Virus record (IMG/VR): IMGVR_UViG_3300042905_003262
Span: 1-59,706 of that record
Reading direction: 5' to 3' (one strand)
From: a virus
Lineage: Duplodnaviria > Caudoviricetes
DNA: 59,706 bases
Shown: one piece after another, positions 18,343 to 24,837 of the stretch
Numbering within the stretch: the first letter of the stretch is position 1
Layout: every line of letters starts with the position of its first letter
Notes under the pieces: model-generated
Told to the model about the DNA's origin: nothing
What the model saw: the letters and a program-made list of their open reading frames with translations, nothing else
The model's database searches: none
Position numbers and translations under genes: made by a program

Positions 18343-18890
18343 GGCTTGACGATCTTGTAGGCGATGATGTCGGATGCTTTGTCACTGTGGTTCCAGCGGA
18401 AAAATCCAGCGTTACCCGTATCACCAAAATCATTTGCTCGATATTGAACTTGAACCGTCACGTTGCGATCAACCGGGCTGAACATGCCGCCCGGCCAGTC
18501 TATCCAGCCGTCGTTTTCGGGCTGTTTGGCCGTTTGAGGAATAATCTCGTCTAAAGCTGACTGTGATTTAGCTTCATACACTTTTCGCAGTTCTTCGCGG
18601 CCTGTTTTCCACGCTTGGAATGCCAGTTCGCTTGTGCCAGCAGACGCCATCTGCGCCGAGCTATACCAAGCATTGAAAGCCTCGCGCTCAGGGTCCACGG
18701 GAAACTTGTAGCCGACTGCATCTAGCACGGCTTTGGCGAAGGCTTCACGGGCGGGTTGCTCTTGTTCCCAGTATTCGGAAGAAGAGAATACCGTGAGATG
18801 CCAAGACCCTTTAAGGGACGGGTCGAAAAAGGCAGCCGCCGCTCCGATGTTGGCAAGTAGGGAGAGAGTATGAGGTGTGGTCGTTGTCAT
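18339..18890 (-). CDS. hypothetical phage protein
   Basis: C-terminal GWIDWPGG..PV...V.V..R...W.H....DIIAY motif of a common phage domain. Confidence 0.7.
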   Translation of the reverse strand: MTTTTPHTLSLLANIGAAAAFFDPSLKGSWHLTVFSSSEYWEQEQPAREAFAKAVLDAVGYKFPVDPEREAFNAWYSSAQMASAGTSELAFQAWKTGREELRKVYEAKSQSALDEIIPQTAKQPENDGWIDWPGGMFSPVDRNVTVQVQYRANDFGDTGNAGFFRWNHSDKASDIIAYKIVKP

Positions 18891-18898
18891 AGGCGGAC

Positions 18899-18940
18899 AC
18901 AATAACGCCTTAGACCCACTCGCGCAAGTCTAAGGCGTTA
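18899..18940 (-). promoter_or_regulatory. promoter overlapped by a perfect 13-bp inverted repeat
   Basis: TAACGCCTTAGAC (18903-18915) / GTCTAAGGCGTTA (18928-18940). Minus strand TTGCGC-N17-TATTGT with ATG 8 nt downstream. Confidence 0.55.
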
Positions 18941-18991
18941 AGCAACCAGTTCGGACTGGCCAACGACCAGAAGTCCGCCCGAATGAGGTAA

Positions 18992-19744
18992 TTAGTTTAC
19001 GTCTGTGAACGTGCCGGAAGTGAAGAAAGCGCCCCAAGTAGTCGCGCTCAAGGCCACAAGTTCGATGGCGTTCCCGATGGTAGCCGCGCTCGAAATGGCA
19101 TCCCCGGCGGCATTGGTGAGCGCGAGGATTTGCGTGCTGTCTGCCGGGTTAATGTCCACGTCCTGCGCGGCGGTGAGATAGACGCGGAATCGCATCCCCA
19201 CCTGTGGAGCCGGGAGAGTCAGGACTATCGCGCCGGACGCTCCAGTGTTGATAAACGTGCTGCCGTAAAGCTGGTCTGCCGTCAGGGTCGCGGTAGTGGC
19301 CTGCGTGATGACACGTTGAACATGGTTTCGAGCCAAGATATGCCACGAGCTTTGCCCAGCTTGCAGGAAAACAGACTCGTTCGGGCTGGAGAGCGTAATC
19401 GTCGTGGTGCCGTCGATGGTTTCACTGCCGCTGCCGTCAATCGTGATGGCGTTTGCCGTGCTGTCGTTCTTCTGGATGCAGATGATCTGATTCGTCTGAT
19501 TCGTCCCAGCGGGCAGGAGGCCGATGGTGAAGGCCGCCGAGGTGGCGTTGGCGAGCAGCGTATGGTCAGAGCGCGTCATTGTGTAGGCGGCACTGATGGC
19601 TTTGGCGTTAGCCTTGTAGGCAATGCCGGTGCCGTTCTGCGGATCGGTGATGTTGACGAGGCGCTGAGCGGGGGCGTGACTGCACCAAAGCAGGGCGGTG
19701 GTGAGCACGAGAGCAAACAGGGAGGCGAGGCGAGGGTATTTCAT
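18992..19744 (-). CDS. signal-peptide protein with two tail-fibre-like beta-sandwich repeats
   Basis: MKYPRLASLFALVLTTALLWCSHAPA signal; two NATSAAFTIGLLPA / NTGASGAIVLTLPA repeat domains. Upstream TTGACA-N16-AATACT promoter. Confidence 0.7.
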   Translation of the reverse strand: MKYPRLASLFALVLTTALLWCSHAPAQRLVNITDPQNGTGIAYKANAKAISAAYTMTRSDHTLLANATSAAFTIGLLPAGTNQTNQIICIQKNDSTANAITIDGSGSETIDGTTTITLSSPNESVFLQAGQSSWHILARNHVQRVITQATTATLTADQLYGSTFINTGASGAIVLTLPAPQVGMRFRVYLTAAQDVDINPADSTQILALTNAAGDAISSAATIGNAIELVALSATTWGAFFTSGTFTDVN

Positions 19745-19988
19745 GGCGATTTTAGGATGGTTTCAGGGTGCGCTGGAGTATTCAGGAGCGGGGCGGAATG
19801 TCAAGCGCGGGGCATGTTCACGAAAACAGCGGGAATTTCGTGAACAAATGCGTGCTCACTGTCAGCACGTTCCCGTGCTTGCTGTCAAAGTAGCGCAAAA
19901 GCGCCCACATTGGGCGAATCGACTCCCTGAACCGGTCAGGGGAGTGACATTTGGAAAGTCCGCGCCGGTTGAGAGGACTTTTTTCCTG

Positions 19989-20016
19989 TTGACGATTCGA
20001 GGTGAAGCGGCATTAT
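19989..20016 (+). promoter_or_regulatory. sigma70-like promoter of the ncRNA/accessory island
   Basis: TTGACG-N16-CATTAT. Confidence 0.55.
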
Positions 20017-20021
20017 CGCGC

Positions 20022-20650
20022 TCACCAAATAGGTTTGCTCTGTGCGAAGGAGTAATCCGCTCCACTGGCAAACCCACTGAGGCCGACTTTTTCGCACAAG
20101 GTCGGCCTCTTTGTTTGCCGTTTTAGCGCCAACACTCTCACCTGAAAAGGAGGTCACTTGGCAAAGGTATTGAGAGTAGAGTTCAGCGGTGGCGTAATGT
20201 AAATCCGGCATAATCACGTCTAAACCGGGCCTCGCAAAAGGTTCGTAACGCACCGTCGCAAGCGGAGTTACTGGTTCAAGTCCAGTCCGCTGAACTCTAC
20301 TCTCCGAAGGTTGAATTGAGCGGAAGCTATGATACACACCGCCATAGATAGGGGCTTACCCGCCACAGAATGCGTGCCGAACAGTTCGGAACACCACGCA
20401 CCGCAAGCAGACGTTGTTACCTGCCCGCTCAATTCAGCCTTCAAATTCGGCGCATGGTGGATCGCAGTTCAGCCATGCAGAAGTCGCTACGGGAAACTGT
20501 AGGGCTGCGCTGAAAGCATTTGAGTCGTGTTCTACTGAGACAGCCGAGCGACGAGTTTTCAGCGGTGCGAAAGCATCAAAGCGATGATCCTGATTCCCGA
20601 CGAAACAGACAGCTTGCAGTTACCCGGCAACGGGACTGCTTTGCTCCGAA
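20022..20650 (+). ncRNA. large structured non-coding RNA candidate (multi-domain, includes a tRNA mimic)
   Basis: No credible ORF. 18-bp stems 20172-20189/20287-20304 and 20306-20323/20425-20442, T-arm ACTGG-TTCAAGT-CCAGT, and three GNRA hairpins. Confidence 0.75.
20079..20116 (+). terminator. terminator/attenuator-like hairpin
   Basis: GAGGCCGAC/GTCGGCCTC 9-bp stem followed by TTTGTTT. Confidence 0.5.
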
Positions 20651-20686
20651 GCCATCAAGCCCTCCGAAACATAACTCCAACGACCC

Positions 20687-20866
20687 ATGACCACCGCCCA
20701 AACCGCCATCAAAGCCGCCCGCGAAGCCAGCGACCAGCTTGATTTGCTCCACGTCGAGAAAGCCAAACTGGAGCGCGAGCACGATGAAAAGCTCAAACTG
20801 CTCAACGAGCGCATTTCGATTGAGCGGGCGAGGCTTTCGACGCTTCTAGCCATCGCGGATAAGTAA
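20687..20866 (+). CDS. small coiled-coil protein (59 aa)
   Basis: Read by hand: MTTAQTAIKAAREASDQLDLLHVEKAKLERE...; AACGACC leader. Confidence 0.7.
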   Translation: MTTAQTAIKAAREASDQLDLLHVEKAKLEREHDEKLKLLNERISIERARLSTLLAIADK

Positions 20867-20886
20867 TTCACCCCACAACGACCACC

Positions 20887-21144
20887 ATGAAAGAAGTCCA
20901 ACTTGTCACCCTTGTTCAAACGTCACTCACGACTCGCGGAGATGGCGAATCCACCCCAATACGGCGCGTCATGCAATGGTGGACCCAAGAAGGTGAACTT
21001 GTCGCAGAAAATGACCCCTGCTCAGTAATCGTCACCGAAGAAAAACGCCGTGAAATTCATCGGCTTTTTAATGCCGCTGGCCTGAGCCTGGATACTTACG
21101 GATTTCTTATCGAAAACGTCGCGAAGATTTTAAGCTCAAAGTAA
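20887..21144 (+). CDS. hypothetical phage protein
   Basis: RGDGESTPIRRVMQWWTQEGELVAENDP motif; AACGACC leader. Confidence 0.75.
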   Translation: MKEVQLVTLVQTSLTTRGDGESTPIRRVMQWWTQEGELVAENDPCSVIVTEEKRREIHRLFNAAGLSLDTYGFLIENVAKILSSK

Positions 21145-21157
21145 CCCCACGACGACC

Positions 21158-21472
21158 ATGCAAGACCAACAACCCCGAATGCTCCGCCTGACGCTCAAAC
21201 GCCAGTGGTTCGACATGATCGCAAGCGGCGAGAAAAAGGAGGAATACCGCACGCCTGGAAAGTGGATTCTCTCGCGCCTTGAAGGCAAAGAATACGATTA
21301 CGTCGAGTTTAAGAATGGTTACGGCCCCAATGTGCCAACTATGGTGGTTCAATACATAGGCTGGAAATACTCGCACGGGAAACGCGAATGGGGCGGTGGC
21401 TCGACTACGGGGGCGTTTGCCACGATCATGCTAGGCCGCGTCCTGTCTGTCAACAATTACGCGAAACTATGA
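21158..21472 (+). CDS. ASCH-domain protein
   Basis: LRLTLKRQWFDMIASGEKKEEYR (GxKxxExR) and F.NGY. Confidence 0.85.
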   Translation: MQDQQPRMLRLTLKRQWFDMIASGEKKEEYRTPGKWILSRLEGKEYDYVEFKNGYGPNVPTMVVQYIGWKYSHGKREWGGGSTTGAFATIMLGRVLSVNNYAKL

Positions 21473-21524
21473 ACACGCCAGACATCCCTAAACCCTGGAT
21501 GCCACTCCCAACACATCCGCAGGT

Positions 21525-21752
21525 ATGAATAGCTCTCAACAACCGGAAATTTACCTGCTGCTGGCAGACCTTGATGGAACCATGCGCTCGGGCCAGGACC
21601 CGTTTGGAGTCGCGGTCACTAGCGAGGAGGAGGCTAAACGTTTTGTTCAAGGGGGTAATGTTGGCTACTCTCATTCGTATCAAAAGCTCCAAATCTTTGA
21701 TAACATGGATGACGCTATCGCATTTCGGTATCCACGATATAAAAAACCATGA
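21525..21752 (+). CDS. hypothetical protein
   Basis: Coupled ORF. Confidence 0.55.
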   Translation: MNSSQQPEIYLLLADLDGTMRSGQDPFGVAVTSEEEAKRFVQGGNVGYSHSYQKLQIFDNMDDAIAFRYPRYKKP

Positions 21753-22174
21753 AAAACTGCGCCAACTGCATCCATTTTGGAACCCGCAAAGGCCACGCTG
21801 GCGTCGAGCTAGGCCATCTGTGCCTCGCACCCGTGACAACAGAACCGCCCAAAGATGGCGTCACACAAGCCAAGAACCCGTTTGTCTATGAGGCGACGGC
21901 GGAGGGGTGCTGTGAGATGTGGACTCCAGAACTGCCGGAGCAGCCAAGGCCACCTTTGAGCGACGAATTTAAAATGGCTCAAGAATACGCAAGATCGCAT
22001 TTTGGTAGCGCGACAGCCTTTCGTGTTGGGATTGCATTTGCTGCGCTTGGATACCCAATGCCCACCTTGCCCTCGCTGCCTTATCCGCATGATTCAAAAC
22101 TGGCTATTCATTTTGAAAAAGGATACAAACAGCATGCCATAAACGAGCGGTTGCGACAGGCTACCGAAGCCTGA
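21749..22174 (+). CDS. hypothetical protein with CxxC/Cys cluster
   Basis: MKNCANCIHF...C...CC; ATGA coupling. Confidence 0.6.
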   Translation: MKNCANCIHFGTRKGHAGVELGHLCLAPVTTEPPKDGVTQAKNPFVYEATAEGCCEMWTPELPEQPRPPLSDEFKMAQEYARSHFGSATAFRVGIAFAALGYPMPTLPSLPYPHDSKLAIHFEKGYKQHAINERLRQATEA

Positions 22175-22268
22175 AAAATCTAATCGCCGCCCAAATGAGC
22201 AGCGCAACCGCCGTGAACAGCAGCCCGCAAAACACCTGCAAGGACTCGTTGTAGATCGCGGCAATCAT
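22161..22268 (-). CDS. small single-TM membrane protein (35 aa)
   Basis: Read by hand: MIAAIYNESLQVFCGLLFTAVALLIWAAIRFFRLR; ATGA coupled to the amidase gene. Confidence 0.5.
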   Translation of the reverse strand: MIAAIYNESLQVFCGLLFTAVALLIWAAIRFFRLR

Positions 22269-22744
22269 GGCGGTCCAACTTGAATGAGCCAGGGTGAAAG
22301 CGGAATGTGCGACGGTGCGACTTCGGCACTTGGGATGCGTAGAAGTAGCCGCATCCCGGCATCCGCCAGGAACTTGAACACGAACTCGGAGCAGAACCAG
22401 CGTCCATTCTCACGGGCCGGTGACTTGGTTACGAATCGAAGCACGCTCAGGTAGTCGTAGGGCATCCCGAGTTGCCCTTTGGCTTCGTAGTAGGCTTGTT
22501 CATACTGCTCATCTGACATGCTCGGGATCGCGAACCAGTCGATGTGACGAAGCTCTGTTTCAGTCAGGTTATGATGCTGAACGCCTCGAAACTCGCGGGA
22601 TTCAATGACTCGATTTCGACTCCCCGGCACCAGCATGGCCGCATGGGAATAAACGCTTCGAGTCTGGCACTGGATCAACCACGACACGAGGCCGCGCCCC
22701 CGATAAAGGGCAATGCGCGGCTTCATGTTGGGTTCTTGCTGCAT
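22265..22744 (-). CDS. permuted papain-like amidase (YaeF/YiiX, NlpC/P60 C92-like)
   Basis: YSHAAM...GMPYDY...WFCSEFV (His before Cys). Confidence 0.85.
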   Translation of the reverse strand: MQQEPNMKPRIALYRGRGLVSWLIQCQTRSVYSHAAMLVPGSRNRVIESREFRGVQHHNLTETELRHIDWFAIPSMSDEQYEQAYYEAKGQLGMPYDYLSVLRFVTKSPARENGRWFCSEFVFKFLADAGMRLLLRIPSAEVAPSHIPLSPWLIQVGPP

Positions 22745-22746
22745 GG

Positions 22747-22947
22747 CTATTTACCGGAAGGCGCAGGAGCAATGAAGACTTGGCCGGTGGCCTTGATGAT
22801 TTCGGCGTCCTCGGGTTTGATGACCTTCTTGGCAACGAGGATGTCGAGGCCGATTTGGCTAATCGTAACGACCTTTTGAGTGTCGGCAGGGTTCTGGCAG
22901 CTTGTCAGGCTGGCGACGGCGAGGATGGAGAGCAAGGTACGTTTCAT
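22747..22947 (-). CDS. small lipoprotein (spanin-like candidate)
   Basis: MKRTLLSILAVASLTS-C lipobox. Confidence 0.75.
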   Translation of the reverse strand: MKRTLLSILAVASLTSCQNPADTQKVVTISQIGLDILVAKKVIKPEDAEIIKATGQVFIAPAPSGK

Positions 22948-22981
22948 GGTGTGTTCGTTAGGTTTGGAGTAAAGACTTTTG

Positions 22982-23368
22982 CTATTTTGCGTGCGTTCCC
23001 TCGACCCCGCGAGCCATGCGGTTCCGAGTGCGTTGCAGTAGCCACATTTGAGCTTCTTCGAGCTTTGTCAGCGCGAGGGCGTTTTCACGGCTCGCGAACT
23101 GCCCAGCTTGGAACGACTGGAGACGGTCTATAAGGATAGCCAGAAGCACCTCTTGAGTGATGCCGTTGACGCCAGCTTCCGCAATAGGCCCGTTTTGAAA
23201 GCTCAGAGTGACATGTACGGTGCCGTCTTTCGGATCGGTGCCGTTTGTCTCATCAAGATAGACCTGATAGACGTGGTTTGCGCCGCCTGATCCAGGTTCA
23301 TCAAGAACAGCGATTTTGAGCTTATCGTTGGCTGGATTGACGCGGTGTGATGTAAGTTCTCTAGTCAT
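22982..23368 (-). CDS. tad1: Tad1-family anti-defence nucleotide sponge
   Basis: GGANH.Y, FQNGPI.E.GVNG, LIDRLQ.FQ...F..RENA.A.TKLEEA..WL..RT..R..RGVEGTH. Confidence 0.85.
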   Translation of the reverse strand: MTRELTSHRVNPANDKLKIAVLDEPGSGGANHVYQVYLDETNGTDPKDGTVHVTLSFQNGPIAEAGVNGITQEVLLAILIDRLQSFQAGQFASRENALALTKLEEAQMWLLQRTRNRMARGVEGTHAK

Positions 23369-23390
23369 TGTGTTGGGTTTGGGGTGGAAA

Positions 23391-23522
23391 TCAAAAAGGC
23401 GCATCAAGCCACGGCAATAAATCGTGCCTAGTTGCATTTTTGACCGGCGCATTCATCGGAGCCTCAAAGATGTGCTGGCAGGCTCCAAGAGCCATAGTTG
23501 CGGCGAGAAAGGCGAGTTTCAT
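23391..23522 (-). CDS. small lipoprotein (43 aa)
   Basis: MKLAFLAATMALGA-C lipobox; ATGA coupled to the PAS gene. Confidence 0.6.
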   Translation of the reverse strand: MKLAFLAATMALGACQHIFEAPMNAPVKNATRHDLLPWLDAPF

Positions 23523-24175
23523 GCGTGGCGACGACGTGGTAAGGTTTGAGGTGAAGATTGAAGGGCAAGCGGGCGAAGATCGGTCACAAAGCCCACCCAG
23601 CCAGAAACGCGGCCCTGAGAGTCGAGCAAAACGGATGCCTGGGCGTGAACCGGGATGATTTCGCCGTCCTTGGTTTGCCAACGGTAGCGCATGTTGAACG
23701 GCCTGTGCTCCTTGACGGCACTGGTCCATTCTTCATAAACAGCGTGCTTGTCTTCGTGGTGAATCGACTGCTTCCATTGGTCGCCCGCAAGTTCTGAGAG
23801 CTGGAATCCGAGCATTTCCCGGTACATGACGTTGACGTGAATACACATCCCAAGGCTGTCAGACTGCCAAACGGCCAGCGAAAGCGTGTCCCATGTCGCC
23901 CGAGCAAGGCCGATTGTAGTGTGGAGATCGTGCCGGAGCGATTGCAGACTGGCGCGAATCTCCGCGTTCTCGGCTTTCAACTCCGCGATTCGCTGTGGAG
24001 CTTTGATGCCGTTCCAAAGCCATTTGAAGAATGCGCCAAGGCTGTGACGCCAAAGCCACACGAGGCCCGCTGCGATTGCGCCCCCGAGGGCAATCCAGTC
24101 GTTCATTTCACCCGGCTCAAGAACTCGCTCTTGGCTAGGCTCGATGGGGATAAAATGGCGTGTGGCAGTTGTCAT
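23519..24175 (-). CDS. membrane-anchored PAS-domain protein
   Basis: TM (WIALGGAIAAGLVWLW), coiled coil, then PAS/PAC (D..G.C..VN......G....EL.G..W...IH.ED...W......F...YR...DG...V......D..G...G.VG..TD). Confidence 0.85.
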   Translation of the reverse strand: MTTATRHFIPIEPSQERVLEPGEMNDWIALGGAIAAGLVWLWRHSLGAFFKWLWNGIKAPQRIAELKAENAEIRASLQSLRHDLHTTIGLARATWDTLSLAVWQSDSLGMCIHVNVMYREMLGFQLSELAGDQWKQSIHHEDKHAVYEEWTSAVKEHRPFNMRYRWQTKDGEIIPVHAQASVLLDSQGRVSGWVGFVTDLRPLALQSSPQTLPRRRHA

Positions 24176-24546
24176 GCGGGAGGGTCAAAAAGGTCGAGAG
24201 CGATGAGGGCGGACCAGTCATCGGGGATAAATTCTGGCGGCAGCTTGAGTTTCAATCCTTCCGGCAGGCCAAGATCGACATCGTGGTCAAGGCTGGTGAG
24301 TTCAGCGGTGAACTTCGGCACGTTCTCGGGCGGGATGTTGTATTGCCCCGGTTGATCTTCAACAGGCGTGCCGAGTTCCAGCAAGACTTTGTCGCGCACT
24401 TCATTGAAAGACTGCGCCTCGGCAGCAAAAACCTTGTCGAATTTTGCCAGCCAGTAGCCGGTGAGAGCCGGAGAACGGACAGCCAAGACTCGCTTGAACG
24501 AGTCCTGAAACGCAGGAGATACAATGGCGGAGAGGCGGATGGTCAT
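24172..24546 (-). CDS. hypothetical protein (fibre-associated position)
   Basis: Coupled ORF after the tail fibre. Confidence 0.65.
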   Translation of the reverse strand: MTIRLSAIVSPAFQDSFKRVLAVRSPALTGYWLAKFDKVFAAEAQSFNEVRDKVLLELGTPVEDQPGQYNIPPENVPKFTAELTSLDHDVDLGLPEGLKLKLPPEFIPDDWSALIALDLFDPPA

Positions 24547-24833
24547 CGTGGCGGGGAAAGGAGGGCTGCCTCGGCTGCGGCAATGGCGGCAGCTTGCTTG
24601 TTGGGTGGCGCAAGAGAGACGGCCTTACCGACTCGCATGAGGTCTTCGTTTTGAGCGAGGGCTGCGCGGATCGCTGCTTCCTTCTCGTCCGCGTAGGCAT
24701 CGAGACGCACACCGAGGAGGTCGGCGGCGAACTCATCTTCCGTCATAGGTGCCGCGTTTGGGTTTGAGGTGTTACGGGAGGCTGTGCCATAAGCAAGCCC
24801 TTCGAGTTGGCGAGGAGTGAGGGTGATGTTCAT
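24543..24833 (-). CDS. hypothetical protein (fibre-associated position)
   Basis: ORF MNITLTP... directly after the fibre gene. Confidence 0.6.
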   Translation of the reverse strand: MNITLTPRQLEGLAYGTASRNTSNPNAAPMTEDEFAADLLGVRLDAYADEKEAAIRAALAQNEDLMRVGKAVSLAPPNKQAAAIAAAEAALLSPPR

Positions 24834-24837
24834 AGGA

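Noticed and set aside
20183-20297. Canonical tRNA-Cys(GCA)
   Set aside because: Only a 3-bp anticodon stem, C rather than U at position 33, oversized D-loop and no CCA. Treated as a mimic.
19698-20337. ORFs 19698-20126(+), 19862-20077(-), 19936-20337(-)
   Set aside because: No recognisable protein character; they overlap promoters and strong RNA helices.
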